DNA of 64,000 nucleotides, taken from the NCBI GenBank assembly GCA_947447625.1, contig CANFKS010000003.1, positions 899-64,898 on the forward strand. The letters run 5' to 3'. Within the stretch, counting starts at the first letter, position 1. The number at the start of each line of letters is the position of its first letter. Below, piece after piece: positions 39,592 to 50,089 of this stretch. Source of the DNA: Rhodospirillales bacterium (GTDB lineage Bacteria; Pseudomonadota; Alphaproteobacteria; Acetobacterales; Acetobacteraceae). The notes below the pieces were generated by a model. It was not told the origin of the DNA and ran no database searches. It saw nothing but the letters and a program-made list of their open reading frames with translations. The translations under genes and the position numbers were made by a program.

Positions 39592-40539
39592 ATGCTGAGG
39601 CTGGTGATCATGCGGCTGTTGGCGGCCGTTCCGGTGTTGCTGGTGGTGTCACTGGTGAGCTTCGGGCTCACCTTGCTGGTGCCCGGTGACATCGCGTCCG
39701 AAATGGCGGGGCCGACGGCGACGGCGAGCGATGTTGCACGGGTGCGCGCTGAGCTTGGGCTCAACCAGCCGCCGCTGGTGCGCATGGCGCAGTGGTATGG
39801 CGGCGTGATCAGGGGGGACCTTGGACGGTCCATCCTGCTCAACCAGAGCGTTGGCGCAGCCGTGCTGGAACGCCTGCCGGTGACGTTGTCATTGACGTTC
39901 ATGGGGCTTGCGGTGGCTTGCCTGATCGGTGTGCCGGCGGGGCTGCTCGCTGCGGCAAAGGCGCGACGCTGGCCGGATCAGGTGACGATGGGCGGGGCGA
40001 TGCTCGGCCTCTCCTTGCCTGATTTCTGGCTCGGGCTGCTGCTGATCTGGATTTTCGGCGTGCAGTTGCATTGGTTGCCGACCGGGGGGTTTGTCTCGCC
40101 GTCGACGGATGTGCTCGGCTGGTTGCGCAGCATCGCGTTGCCGGCGGGCAGTCTCGCGCTCACCCAGTTGGGCCCGATCGCGCGCATGACACGCTCGGCC
40201 GCCCTTGAGGTGGCGGGCAGTGATTTCATCCGCACGGCGCGGGCCAAGGGGCTGACGGAGGGGCGCGTGTTCACCCGCCACGTGCTGGCCGGCGCCATGG
40301 TGCCGATCCTGACGGTGGTCGGTATCGGATTCGGGCTGGCCCTGGGGGGCGCATTGGTGGTGGAGCAGGTGTTTTCGCTGCCGGGCGTGGGGCGGCTGGT
40401 GATTGGCGCCGTGCTGCGGCGGGATTGGCCGGTGATCCAGGGCGGGCTTTTGCTGACCACCTGTATCTTCGTGCTGGTGAATCTGGGGGTGGATCTTCTC
40501 TACCTCTGGGTTGACCCCCGCCTGCGGGAGAGCAGCTAA
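39592..40539 (+). CDS. ABC peptide-type permease (DppB-like)
   Basis: 315 aa with N-terminus MLRLVIMRLLAAVPVLLVVSLVSFGL and EAA loop IRTARAKGLTEGRVFTRHVL. Confidence 0.88.
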   Translation: MLRLVIMRLLAAVPVLLVVSLVSFGLTLLVPGDIASEMAGPTATASDVARVRAELGLNQPPLVRMAQWYGGVIRGDLGRSILLNQSVGAAVLERLPVTLSLTFMGLAVACLIGVPAGLLAAAKARRWPDQVTMGGAMLGLSLPDFWLGLLLIWIFGVQLHWLPTGGFVSPSTDVLGWLRSIALPAGSLALTQLGPIARMTRSAALEVAGSDFIRTARAKGLTEGRVFTRHVLAGAMVPILTVVGIGFGLALGGALVVEQVFSLPGVGRLVIGAVLRRDWPVIQGGLLLTTCIFVLVNLGVDLLYLWVDPRLRESS

Positions 40540-41360
40540 TGCGGCTGTTCGCGCGGCGGAGCTTCCTGATCGGGGTGATCCTTGTCGGGGCGGTCGTGGT
40601 GGCGGCGCTGCTGGCCGGTTGGCTTGCGCCGTTCGATCCGGTGAAGAACAACTTCCGCAACCGCTTGGGTGCGCCCGATGACGTTTTTCTGCTGGGGACC
40701 GATCGGTTCGGCCGCGATGTGCTGAGCCGAATTCTGTTTGGTGCCCAGGTTTCCTTGCGGATAGGCCTGGTGGTGGCGGTGTTCTCCGGGATCGTGGGCG
40801 CGCTGATCGGGCTGCTGAGCGGGTGGTGGCGCGGGGTGGATGTCTGGCTGATGCGGGTGATGGATGGGCTGATGGCGTTCCCCGGCCTGCTGCTGGCCAT
40901 CGCGCTGGCCGCGACACTTGGGCCGAGCGAAACAACGGTGATCATCGCATTGACGGTTGCCTACACACCGCGCACGGCCCGGGTGATGCGCGGCGCCGTC
41001 CTGGTGGCGCGCGCGCAGGACTATGTGGAGGCCGCGCGGTCCGTCGGCGTGCGGACGTTGCGGCTCCTGCTGCGCCATGTGCTGCCGGCATGCACGGCGC
41101 CGCTGGTGGTGCAGCAGACCTACGTGTTCGCGATCGCCATTCTCGCCGAGGCGGTGCTGAGTTTCGTGGGCGTCGGTCCGCCGCCGCCGCAGCCGACTTT
41201 GGGCGCGATCATCGCAGATGGGCGCGATACCATGGTGGAGGCGCCATGGATCGCGCTGGCGCCTGGTGTGGTGATCGCCATGCTGGTGCTGGGCCTCAAC
41301 CTGCTTGGCGATGGGTTGCGCGATGCGTTGGATCCGCGCATGCGCCGGATCACTTCGTAA
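40539..41360 (+). CDS. ABC peptide-type permease (DppC-like)
   Basis: 273 aa with EAA loop YVEAARSVGVRTLRLLLRHVLP. 1-nt overlap with the upstream permease. Confidence 0.88.
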   Translation: MRLFARRSFLIGVILVGAVVVAALLAGWLAPFDPVKNNFRNRLGAPDDVFLLGTDRFGRDVLSRILFGAQVSLRIGLVVAVFSGIVGALIGLLSGWWRGVDVWLMRVMDGLMAFPGLLLAIALAATLGPSETTVIIALTVAYTPRTARVMRGAVLVARAQDYVEAARSVGVRTLRLLLRHVLPACTAPLVVQQTYVFAIAILAEAVLSFVGVGPPPPQPTLGAIIADGRDTMVEAPWIALAPGVVIAMLVLGLNLLGDGLRDALDPRMRRITS

Positions 41361-41402
41361 CGGGTACCGTACTTTCTGGCTAAAGACTGTCAAACAACAA
41401 CA

Positions 41403-42230
41403 ATGACCAGGGAGGTTTCGATGGATTTTACCGGCAAGGTTGCGCTGATCACGGGCGGTGGGGGTGGCATTGGCCGTGCGGCGGCGTTGGGCTTCGCGGA
41501 ACGCGGTGCTGACGTTGTCGTGGTCGATCATGATCAGGCGCTGGGGCAAGGCACGCTCGACGTTCTGCGCCAGCAGGGCCGCGAGGCGCGGTTCTTCCCT
41601 GCCGATGTCGGCAAGTCGGCCGATGTGGCGGCCTACGTGGCCTCGACGATGGCCGCGTTCGGGCGGATCGACTGCTTTTTCAACAACGCGGGGATCGAGG
41701 GCAAGGTCGCGCCGATCTACGACTATGAGGACGAGATGTTCGACCGCGTGATCGCGGTAAACCTGCGTGGCGTGTTTCTGGGGATGAAGCATGTGCTGCC
41801 CGTGATGCTGCGGCAGGGTTCGGGTGCCGTGGTGAACACTGCCTCCACCGCCGGTCTGGTCGGTGCCTCCGGAATGTCGGCCTATACGGCGTCCAAGCAC
41901 GCCGTACTCGGCATTACCAAATCGGCTGCGGCTGATGTGGCGCGGGGCGGCGTGCGGGTTAACGCGCTGTGTCCGGGGCCGGTCGAGACGCGGATGATGC
42001 GGTCGCTTGAGGCGATGCGCAATCCGGCCGATCCGGAGGGGGCACATTCTCTGTATGCCGCCAACATCCCAATGGGCCGCTATGCGACGGCGGAGGAGAT
42101 CGCCAACGCGGTGATCTATCTGTGCTCTGACCTGGCCGGCGCCATGACAGGCACGCAGATGGTGGTGGATGGCGGGCGCATCGGATCTGGCGGGCCGTCG
42201 CCGGTGCCGCGGATTCGCAAGGGGGACTAG
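41403..42230 (+). CDS. Short-chain dehydrogenase/reductase (classical SDR)
   Basis: TGGGGGIGRA Rossmann motif, NNAG, and catalytic YTASKHAV. Its TAG stop lies inside repeat copy D. Confidence 0.88.
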   Translation: MTREVSMDFTGKVALITGGGGGIGRAAALGFAERGADVVVVDHDQALGQGTLDVLRQQGREARFFPADVGKSADVAAYVASTMAAFGRIDCFFNNAGIEGKVAPIYDYEDEMFDRVIAVNLRGVFLGMKHVLPVMLRQGSGAVVNTASTAGLVGASGMSAYTASKHAVLGITKSAAADVARGGVRVNALCPGPVETRMMRSLEAMRNPADPEGAHSLYAANIPMGRYATAEEIANAVIYLCSDLAGAMTGTQMVVDGGRIGSGGPSPVPRIRKGD

Positions 42231-42270
42231 AGCCTGGTGATTTTTGGCGCAATCGCTCCAGAATCTAACT
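42227..42270. repeat. REP/MITE-like element, copy D (intact left arm, degenerate right arm)
   Basis: CTAGAGCCTGGTGATTTTTGG-CGCAATCG-CTCCAGAATCTAAC. The left arm differs from copy B at 1 position; the right arm is eroded and overlaps the yejF 3' end. Confidence 0.45.
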
Positions 42271-43869
42271 TGCGACCACGCCGGATTCGTCGGCTTCAAG
42301 GTTGAAGGCCGCAGCCATCAGGGCCTGGGTGTAGGGGTGGGTCGGCCGGGCGAAAATATCCTCGGCCAGCCCCTCCTCCATCACCCGCCCGGCGCGCAGC
42401 ACGATGACGCGATGGGCAAGGGCGCGGACCACGCGCAGGTCGTGGCTGATGAAGAGATAGCCAAGTCCGTGCTCCTGTTGCAGCCGGCGCAGGAGGTCGA
42501 CGATTTGTGCCTGCACAGACATGTCGAGCGCAGAGGTCGGCTCGTCCAGCACCAGGAAGCGCGGACGCAGTACGATGGCACGCGCGATGGCAATGCGCTG
42601 GCGCTGGCCGCCGCTGAATTCGTGGGGGAAGCGTTCGCCGATATCGGCGGGCAGGCCGACTTCGTGCAGGGCCGCGGCAACACGGGCTTCGCGCTCGGTG
42701 CGGGTGAGTTGGCGGGCGTGAACCGCGAGGCCCTCGGCAATGATTTCGGTGACCGACATGCGCGGCGAGAGGCTGCCGAACGGGTCCTGAAAGACGATCT
42801 GCAATTCGGCGCGCAAGGTGCGCATGCGTTTGCGGTCGGGACAGGGGAAGGGCTGGCCACGAAAGCTGATTCGGCCCTCGGCGTCCTGAAGCGCTGCGAG
42901 GGCATAGCCGAGGGTCGATTTCCCTGAGCCGGACTCGCCGACCAAGCCGACCGTTTCGCCGGCGCGGACGGTGAGCGACACGTCGTCGATCGCCTTGATA
43001 TGGCCGATCGTGCGGCGCAGCAGGCCGCGGCGGATGGGGAAATAGACCTTCACCTGATCGGCGATCACCAGGGTTTCCGGGTCCGTCGGCAAGGGCGGCG
43101 GCGCGCCGGAGGGTTCGGCGGCGAGCAATTCGATGGTGTAGGGGTGTTGCGGCCGGCCGAATACCGTGGCGACCGGCCCGGTCTCGATGATGCGGCCATG
43201 GCGCATGACCGCCACGCGGTCAGCGTAGCGGCGGACGATCGCCAGGTCGTGGCTGATCAGCAGGAGCGCCAGGCCGCGGCGGGATTTCTCGGCGGCAAGG
43301 AGCTTCAGTATCTGCGCCTGGATGGTCACATCGAGCGCCGTGGTCGGCTCATCGGCGATCAGCAGTTTTGGGTCATTGGCCAGCGCCATGGCGATCATCA
43401 CGCGCTGGCGTTGCCCGCCGGAAAGCTGGTGGGGAAACGCATCCAGCCGATGCGCAGGGTCGGCGAATCCGACCTCCTGAAGCAGCGCAATCACCCGCTC
43501 GCGGCATGCGCCGGGCGCAATGGAACGATGCAGGGTAATCGCCTCGCCAATCTGCTCGCCGATACGTTCGAGGGGGTTGAGGCTGGTCATCGGCTCCTGG
43601 AATACCATGCCGGCGCACCCCCCACGCAGGCGGCGCAGGGCGCTGGGCGCGGCATCCATCACGTTTTCGCCATCCAGCGTAATGGTGCCGGTGCTGGTGG
43701 CGCCGGAGGGCAGAAGCCGCAGAATGGAGAGCGCAGAGAGGGACTTGCCGGACCCGCTTTCCCCCACGAGCGCCAACACCTCGCCGGCCGCCACCGCGAA
43801 GCACACGTCCTGCACGACCGTCTTGGCCCCGAAGGTGACCGTCAGGTTGTTGACGCTGAGGAGTGTCAT
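42265..43869 (-). CDS. yejF: Fused double ATP-binding ABC protein YejF
   Basis: Start trimmed to ATG 43869 (ATGA overlap with the yejE stop), giving MTLLSVNNLTV. Two Walker A (GESGSGKS x2) and two signature motifs (LSGGQRQRV, FSGGQRQRI). Confidence 0.85.
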   Translation of the reverse strand: MTLLSVNNLTVTFGAKTVVQDVCFAVAAGEVLALVGESGSGKSLSALSILRLLPSGATSTGTITLDGENVMDAAPSALRRLRGGCAGMVFQEPMTSLNPLERIGEQIGEAITLHRSIAPGACRERVIALLQEVGFADPAHRLDAFPHQLSGGQRQRVMIAMALANDPKLLIADEPTTALDVTIQAQILKLLAAEKSRRGLALLLISHDLAIVRRYADRVAVMRHGRIIETGPVATVFGRPQHPYTIELLAAEPSGAPPPLPTDPETLVIADQVKVYFPIRRGLLRRTIGHIKAIDDVSLTVRAGETVGLVGESGSGKSTLGYALAALQDAEGRISFRGQPFPCPDRKRMRTLRAELQIVFQDPFGSLSPRMSVTEIIAEGLAVHARQLTRTEREARVAAALHEVGLPADIGERFPHEFSGGQRQRIAIARAIVLRPRFLVLDEPTSALDMSVQAQIVDLLRRLQQEHGLGYLFISHDLRVVRALAHRVIVLRAGRVMEEGLAEDIFARPTHPYTQALMAAAFNLEADESGVVAS

Positions 43870-44894
43870 TTCAGGGTCTTGCGTGGATCGAACGCGTCGC
43901 GCGCGGCCTCGCCGATGAAAATCAGCATCGACAAAAGGCCGCCCAGCACAACGAAGGCCGTGATGCCAAGCCACGGTGCATGGAGGTTGTTTTTCCCCTG
44001 TCCAACGAGTTCCCCGAGGGACGGCGAGCCAGGCGGCAGGCCGAAACCGAGGAAGTCGAGGCTGGCGAGCAAGGTGACGGAGCCGGACAGGATAAAAGGC
44101 AGGAATGTCAGCGTAGCGACCATCGCGTTCGGCAGGATATGGCGCCACATCACGGCAAGATCCGACACGCCGAGCGCCCTGGCGGCGCGCACATATTCGA
44201 GATTGCGACCCCGCAGGAATTCCGCGCGGACCACGCCGGTCAGTGACATCCAACTGAACAGCAGGAGAAACAGCAGCAGCACCCAGAAGCCGGGCGTGAT
44301 CATCGATGACAGGATGATAAGCAGATAAAGCTGCGGCATGCCCGACCAGATCTCGATGAAGCGCTGGAACAGCAGGTCAGTCAGCCCGCCCTTGAAGCCC
44401 TGGATGGCGCCGGCTGCGATGCCGATGACGGATGAGACCAGCGTCAGCGAGAAACCGAAAAGGACCGAGGTGCGGAACCCGTAGATCACGCGCGCCAGCA
44501 CATCGCGCGCCTGGTCGTCCGTGCCGAGCAGGTTGCGGGCCGAAGGGGGGGCCGGGGCGGGAACCGGCAGATCCTTGACCAGCGTGTTGTAGCGGAATGG
44601 GATCGGCGGCCAGATCATCCAGCCGTCGCGGCCGATGCGCTGCGAAAGGTCGGGATCGGTGTAGTCGGCCTCGATCGGCATCAGGTCGGCCCCGAACGCG
44701 TCCTCGGGATAGTCAACCAGCACCGGGAAAAACCACTGCCCCTGATAGCGCACCAGCAGCGGGCGGTCATTGGCAATGCATTCCGCGAAAAGCGAGACCG
44801 CGAACAGCGCCAGAAAAATGCGCAGCGACCACCATCCGCGGCCATTGGCCCGGAACGCGGCAAACCGGCGCCGCGCAGGGGGGGAGAGGCGCAT
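43866..44894 (-). CDS. yejE: ABC permease YejE
   Basis: 342 aa with EAA loop YVRAARALGVSDLAVMWRHILPNA. The size and long periplasmic N-terminal loop are typical of YejE. Confidence 0.85.
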   Translation of the reverse strand: MRLSPPARRRFAAFRANGRGWWSLRIFLALFAVSLFAECIANDRPLLVRYQGQWFFPVLVDYPEDAFGADLMPIEADYTDPDLSQRIGRDGWMIWPPIPFRYNTLVKDLPVPAPAPPSARNLLGTDDQARDVLARVIYGFRTSVLFGFSLTLVSSVIGIAAGAIQGFKGGLTDLLFQRFIEIWSGMPQLYLLIILSSMITPGFWVLLLFLLLFSWMSLTGVVRAEFLRGRNLEYVRAARALGVSDLAVMWRHILPNAMVATLTFLPFILSGSVTLLASLDFLGFGLPPGSPSLGELVGQGKNNLHAPWLGITAFVVLGGLLSMLIFIGEAARDAFDPRKTLK

Positions 44895-45970
44895 CAGCCG
44901 CGTTTCTCGAAGTCGATCCGCGGATCGACCACCGTGTAGAGCGCATCGCCGACGATCTGCATCACCAGCCCGAGCAGGGTGAAAATATAGAGCGTTCCGA
45001 ACATCACGGGGTAGTCGCGCCTGATGGCCGCCTCGAAGCCGAGCAGGCCGAGGCCGTCGAGCGAAAAGACGATTTCGACCAGCAGGGAGGAGGTGAACAG
45101 GATGCCGATGAACGCGGCGGGGAAGCCCGCAACCACCAGCAGCATCGCGTTGCGGAACACATGGCGGTAGAGCACGCGCCGTTCCGATGCACCCTTCGCA
45201 CGCGCCGTGACGACGTAATTCTTGCGGATTTCCTCAAGAAAACTGTTTTTCGTCAACATCGTGAGGCTTGCGAAGCCACCGACTACAAGGGCGATGGTGG
45301 GCAGCACCATGTGCCACAGATAGTCCATCACCCGCAGCGGCCAGCTCCAGGTATCTGACCCGCCACTGGTCAGGCCCCGCAACGGAAACCACTGAACGAA
45401 GCTGCCGCCGGCAAACAAAACCACCAGCAGGATCGCGAACAGGAACCCCGGAATCGCATAGCCGACCAGCACGGCCGCGGAGGTTGCGATATCAAACGTG
45501 CTCCCGTCCCGCACGGCTTTGGCAATCCCGAGGGGAATGGAGACGAAATAGATCAGCAGGGTCGACCACAACCCCAGAGACAGCGAAACCGGAAGTTTCT
45601 GCGCCACCAACCCGATCACGGTCTGATCGCGAAAAAAGCTTCGGCCAAAATCAAACCGCATGTAGTCCCACAGCATGAGTCCGAAGCGCGTCAGCGGCGG
45701 CTTGTCGAAGCCGAACAGCTTTTTGATCTCCTCGACCATCCCAGGCTCCAGCCCGCGCGCGCCCCGGTAGGAGCCGGCATCGGCACTGGCGGTTTCGGTC
45801 CCGGTGCCCGTCATGCGCTGGGTGACATCTCCGCCCTTGCCGCGCATTTCGGCGATCATCTGCTCGACCGGGCCACCCGGGGCAAACTGCACGACAAAAA
45901 AATTGATGGCGATGATGCCAAGCAATGTCGGCACCACGAGCAGCAGGCGGCGAAGGAGATAACCCGCCAT
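44894..45970 (-). CDS. yejB: ABC permease YejB
   Basis: Start at ATG 45970 (overlaps the yejA stop), giving [28 protein letters not shown] loop [24 protein letters not shown]. Confidence 0.85.
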   Translation of the reverse strand: MAGYLLRRLLLVVPTLLGIIAINFFVVQFAPGGPVEQMIAEMRGKGGDVTQRMTGTGTETASADAGSYRGARGLEPGMVEEIKKLFGFDKPPLTRFGLMLWDYMRFDFGRSFFRDQTVIGLVAQKLPVSLSLGLWSTLLIYFVSIPLGIAKAVRDGSTFDIATSAAVLVGYAIPGFLFAILLVVLFAGGSFVQWFPLRGLTSGGSDTWSWPLRVMDYLWHMVLPTIALVVGGFASLTMLTKNSFLEEIRKNYVVTARAKGASERRVLYRHVFRNAMLLVVAGFPAAFIGILFTSSLLVEIVFSLDGLGLLGFEAAIRRDYPVMFGTLYIFTLLGLVMQIVGDALYTVVDPRIDFEKRG

Positions 45971-47817
45971 CAGTTCATGTCGCGCGCCGCGTCCACCGTC
46001 GCGGCACGAACGGGATCGACCCACCAGGCGTCAAATACGAGGCCGGCGCGGACAGGCGCACCGGGGAACCCGAACCGGTCCCAGTAGGCGCCCCAGATGG
46101 CGCCAAGATGCCATTGCGGCACGATGTACCAGCTGTGCAGCAGAACGCGATCGAGCGCCTTCGTGGCGACGATCTGTGCGGCCCGGTCCGGCGCATTGAC
46201 CACGCCGTCCACCAGCGCGTCGATCGCCGGATCGCAGATACCGGGCAGGTTGTCGCTGCCTTCGGTGTTTGCGCTGGCGCACGTGAAGTAGCCGCGCTCC
46301 TCGTTGCCGGGGAAATCGGACTGCGGTACCGAGGACAGCGTCATGTCGAAATCGAACGCGTCGGTGAGGTGCTGATACTGCGCGGAATCCACCGTGCGGA
46401 CGCTGACATCGATGCCGAGGCGCTGCAGCCATTGGGAATAGGGCGTGGCAATCCGCTCGTAGCTCGGATCCGCAACCATAATCTCAAAGCGCATCTGCTC
46501 GCCGCGGCCATTGACCAGCTTGCGCTCCTTGACCTCCCAGCCCGCCTGCTTGAGCAGGCCGAGCGCGAGGCGCAGCCCTTCGCGGTTGTTGCCGGAGCCA
46601 TCGGTCACAGGCAGGCGGAACGGCTCGCTGAAGACGCTGCTCGGGATCTTTCCCTTGTAGCGTTCGAGCAGCGCCAGCTCCGGCCCGTCCGGCAGGCCGG
46701 ATGATGCGAGGTCGGAGTTGCTGAACCAGCTCAGGGTGCGGCTGTAGGCTCCAAAAAACAGAGTGCGGTTGGTCCACTCGAAATCGAACACCTCGGCCAT
46801 GGCGCGGCGCACCCTGGCATCGGCAAAAACCTGGCGGCGCGTGTTCATCATCCAGGCCTGCATGCCGGTGGGGAGCCGATGGTTGAACACCCGCTTCTTG
46901 ACGAAGCCCTTCTCCACGGCCGGAAAATCGTAAGCCGTCGCCCAGTTCTTGGAGATGTTCTCGCGCCGGAAATCGATCTTTCCGGCCTTGAAGGCCTGCA
47001 TGGCGACGGTGCTGTCGCGGTAGTATTCGGTGCGAATGCGGTCGAAGTTGTAGAGCCCCTTGGCGAACCCGAGATCGCGCCCCCAGTAGTCCGCTGCGCG
47101 CGTGAGTGTCGTGGTCCTGCCCAGTTCGAAGGCACTGACGCGATACGGGCCGGACCCGAGCGGCGGCTCGGTCAAGGCGCGGGAGAAATCCCGGCCGGCC
47201 CACCAGTGCTTCGGCAGGACGACGAGCTGGCCGAGAATGAGGGGCAGTTCGCGGTTCTCTGCCGTCTTGAACGTGAAGGTGACGCGGCTCGGGCTTTCAA
47301 CCGTCACGCCAGCGACGTCGGCATAGTATTGCTTGTAGTTCGGCCGGCCGAATTCGCGGAGCGCATTGAAGGTGAATGCCACGTCCTCCGCGGTGATCGG
47401 GTGGCCGTCATGGAAGCGGGCTTCCTTGCGCAGGCTGAACGTGACGGCGCGTCGGTCAGGTGCGACAGTCAGGCTTTCCGCGACCCGGCCATAGGCGGTG
47501 GAGGCCTCATCGGCCGAATCGGCCAGCAGCGTGTCATAGATCCGCATCACCTCGCCGGCCGGAACACCCTTCATGATGAAGGGATGGAAACTATCATAGC
47601 TCCCGATGGCGCCGAGCGTGACGTCGCCGCCTTTCGGGGCGTCGGGATTGGCATAGGGGAAGTGCGGAAAATCACGCGACAGCGCGAGCGCGCCCGACAG
47701 GGATATGCCATGGGAGGGGGCCTGCGCGAAAGCCGGCAGGCCGGCCAGCAGGACCAGAGCCAAAGCCAGAATGCGCACCGTTGGCCTCCTTCGGAATACG
47801 GAAACAAAGGTGGCCAT
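45970..47817 (-). CDS. yejA: Extracellular solute-binding protein YejA (family 5, ~600-aa type)
   Basis: Start at ATG 47817, downstream of the 47834 stop of the preceding gene. Signal [33 protein letters not shown]. ~615 aa, matching the YejA size class. Confidence 0.85.
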   Translation of the reverse strand: MATFVSVFRRRPTVRILALALVLLAGLPAFAQAPSHGISLSGALALSRDFPHFPYANPDAPKGGDVTLGAIGSYDSFHPFIMKGVPAGEVMRIYDTLLADSADEASTAYGRVAESLTVAPDRRAVTFSLRKEARFHDGHPITAEDVAFTFNALREFGRPNYKQYYADVAGVTVESPSRVTFTFKTAENRELPLILGQLVVLPKHWWAGRDFSRALTEPPLGSGPYRVSAFELGRTTTLTRAADYWGRDLGFAKGLYNFDRIRTEYYRDSTVAMQAFKAGKIDFRRENISKNWATAYDFPAVEKGFVKKRVFNHRLPTGMQAWMMNTRRQVFADARVRRAMAEVFDFEWTNRTLFFGAYSRTLSWFSNSDLASSGLPDGPELALLERYKGKIPSSVFSEPFRLPVTDGSGNNREGLRLALGLLKQAGWEVKERKLVNGRGEQMRFEIMVADPSYERIATPYSQWLQRLGIDVSVRTVDSAQYQHLTDAFDFDMTLSSVPQSDFPGNEERGYFTCASANTEGSDNLPGICDPAIDALVDGVVNAPDRAAQIVATKALDRVLLHSWYIVPQWHLGAIWGAYWDRFGFPGAPVRAGLVFDAWWVDPVRAATVDAARDMN

Positions 47818-47833
47818 CGCGCTGGCCTTCAGG

Positions 47834-48622
47834 TCAAGCGCAGAGGTGGGAGAGAGCCGAGTCAAGGAGCGCCGGATTGCCGAGGGCCAGCACATGGCCA
47901 TCGCTGTCAGGCGTCAGCGCCCGCCCCTGCCAGTCCGTAACAGAGCCACCAGCACCGGCAATAACGGGCACAATGGCGGCCCAATCCCAGATTTTCATGG
48001 TCGATTCCAGGATCACGTCAATTTGGCCCAGGGCCAGCAGGCCATAGGCGTAGCAATCGCCACCAAACGTTGTCCGCCGCGTCGCGGCCTGGAGCCGGGT
48101 CCAGGCGGGCAGGTCAGGCGTTTCAAACATCTCGGTGCTGGTGCAGGACAGTTCGGCCGCCCCAAGATCCGCGCAGGGGCGGGTGCGTGCTGTGCCCCCG
48201 AACGGGCCGGTAAAACTTGTCGGCCGACCCACTGCGCCGATCCAGCGTTCGCCGGTGACGGGCTGGTCAATCAAGCCCAGGATCGGCACCCCATCGGCCA
48301 GCAAGGCGATGAGGGTACCGAAAATCGGCCGGCCCGTGATGAAGGCGCGCGTGCCATCGATCGGATCCAGCACCCAGCGCAGCCCTGCTGACGGGTTGTC
48401 CAGGCCGAATTCCTCGCCAAGGATACCGTGCTCCGGATACTGCGCCGCAATCAGCGCACGGATCGTCTGCTCGGCATTGCGGTCGGCGATGGTGACCGGG
48501 CTGTCGTCGGACTTGTCGTCCGCGGTCAACCCGGCACGAAAGAACGGCCGGATCACCGATCCGGCCGCATCAGCCGCCGCCGTCGCAGTACGGATCAGCG
48601 GCTCGAGATCAGGAAGGGCCAC
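47834..48622 (-). CDS. hisN: Inositol-monophosphatase-family protein, HisN-like histidinol-phosphatase
   Basis: 262 aa with IMPase motifs GEEFG, WVLDPIDGTRAF and KIWDWAA. The size and motifs fit alphaproteobacterial HisN, but substrate cannot be read from sequence. Confidence 0.65.
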   Translation of the reverse strand: MALPDLEPLIRTATAAADAAGSVIRPFFRAGLTADDKSDDSPVTIADRNAEQTIRALIAAQYPEHGILGEEFGLDNPSAGLRWVLDPIDGTRAFITGRPIFGTLIALLADGVPILGLIDQPVTGERWIGAVGRPTSFTGPFGGTARTRPCADLGAAELSCTSTEMFETPDLPAWTRLQAATRRTTFGGDCYAYGLLALGQIDVILESTMKIWDWAAIVPVIAGAGGSVTDWQGRALTPDSDGHVLALGNPALLDSALSHLCA

Positions 48623-48628
48623 TCTGGT

Positions 48629-49162
48629 TTACGGCAGCGGGACAGGAGATTTGGACAGGCTGCGCAGATAGGCAATCACGTCGGCGCGCTGCTTGTCGCT
48701 CGAGATCCCGGCAAACGCCATCTTGGTGCCAGCGGCAAAGGCGGTGGGCTTCTTGAGCCAGGCGTTGAGTTCATCGAACGACCAGGCGCCGGCCTTGCCC
48801 TTCAGGGCGTTGGAGTAGCTGAACCCCGCGATAGCGGCGCGCTGATGCCCGACGATACCGTAAAGATTGGGCCCAACCCCGGCTTTGCCGCCGTCGGCGA
48901 AGGTGTGGCACGACGCGCAGAGCGCCTTTGCCCGGCTTTCACCCGCAGCCACATCGGCGGCGGCAAGGAGCGGGCCAATCGGGGCCAGCGGCTCCTCTTT
49001 CGCACCAGCAGGGGCCGGGGCCTCGGCGGTGTCGATCTTGATCGCGCTTTCGTGGAGGTGATGCGGCTGCACCAGCGTCTGCCCGATCACGCCGCAGACG
49101 AAGAAGGTGATGCCAGCGACCAGCACCGCCGCCGTCAGCTTGTTGAACTCCATGCTATCCAT
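48629..49162 (-). CDS. Membrane-anchored monohaem c-type cytochrome (CycM-like)
   Basis: 177 aa with an N-terminal TM anchor LTAAVLVAGITFFVCGVIG, a single CASCH motif, and a distal TKMAFAG region. Confidence 0.8.
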   Translation of the reverse strand: MDSMEFNKLTAAVLVAGITFFVCGVIGQTLVQPHHLHESAIKIDTAEAPAPAGAKEEPLAPIGPLLAAADVAAGESRAKALCASCHTFADGGKAGVGPNLYGIVGHQRAAIAGFSYSNALKGKAGAWSFDELNAWLKKPTAFAAGTKMAFAGISSDKQRADVIAYLRSLSKSPVPLP

Positions 49163-49342
49163 ACGACGAATACCCCGCGCGAGATCGGAACCGTGCCCTG
49201 CAGCAGCCGGTGGTCACGTTGCGCGACGCGGGCCGGCTACCTAAGGTGCCGCGCAACATAGGCAAGCCGGGCGCAGGCATCAACCCGTGCCGTGCGTTTG
49301 TCGTGCTTGGGCTCAACGAGGATAGCAGATGAGCGTGTACGC

Positions 49343-50086
49343 ATGAACCCGATCGTCGTCATTCCCTCTCGGATGGCCGCCACGCGGCTTCCGGGCAAAC
49401 CCCTCGCGGATATCAACGGCATCGCCATGATCGTTCATGTGCTGAACCGCGGGCGCGAGGCTGACATCGGCCCGGTCGCGGTGGCTTGCGCCGAACAGGA
49501 AATCGCAGACGCGGTGCGCGCCGCCGGCGGTATTGCCGTCATCACCGATCCCTCGCTGCCGCGCGGCTCCGATCGGGTTCATGCCGCGCTCTGCATCCTG
49601 GATCCGCAAGGCAGGCACGATGTCGTCGTCAATTTGCAGGGCGACCTGCCAACCATCCCGCCCGACTACCTGCGCGCCGTGCTTGGCCCCCTGGCCGATC
49701 CGACGATCGATATCGCGACCCTCGTGGCGCCGATTACGACGGACGAGGAGGCGCAGTCGCCCAGCGTTGTAAAGGCGGCCTGCGAGTTTGATGGCGGACG
49801 CACTGTGTCCCCCGCGCTCTATTTCTCCCGCGCTGCGGTGCCGTCGGGCCCGGGGCCGTTGTGGCACCATATCGGCATCTACGCCTTCCGGCGCCCAGCC
49901 CTCACCCGCTTCGTCGCCTTGCCCGAATCGCCGCTTGAAAAGCGCGAAAGCCTCGAACAACTGCGCGCGCTTGAAGCCGGCATGCGCATCGCCTGCGCCC
50001 GGGTCGACCACGCGCCGTTCGGCGTCGACACCCCAGCCGATCTTGACCGCGCCCGCGCCGCCCTTCCCTCCCTCGCAAAGACCTGA
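49343..50086 (+). CDS. kdsB: 3-deoxy-manno-octulosonate cytidylyltransferase
   Basis: ATG 49343 gives MNPIVVIPSRMAATRLPGKPL, the canonical KdsB N-terminus. The track ORF starts 51 nt upstream. Confidence 0.92.
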   Translation: MNPIVVIPSRMAATRLPGKPLADINGIAMIVHVLNRGREADIGPVAVACAEQEIADAVRAAGGIAVITDPSLPRGSDRVHAALCILDPQGRHDVVVNLQGDLPTIPPDYLRAVLGPLADPTIDIATLVAPITTDEEAQSPSVVKAACEFDGGRTVSPALYFSRAAVPSGPGPLWHHIGIYAFRRPALTRFVALPESPLEKRESLEQLRALEAGMRIACARVDHAPFGVDTPADLDRARAALPSLAKT

Positions 50087-50089
50087 TCC

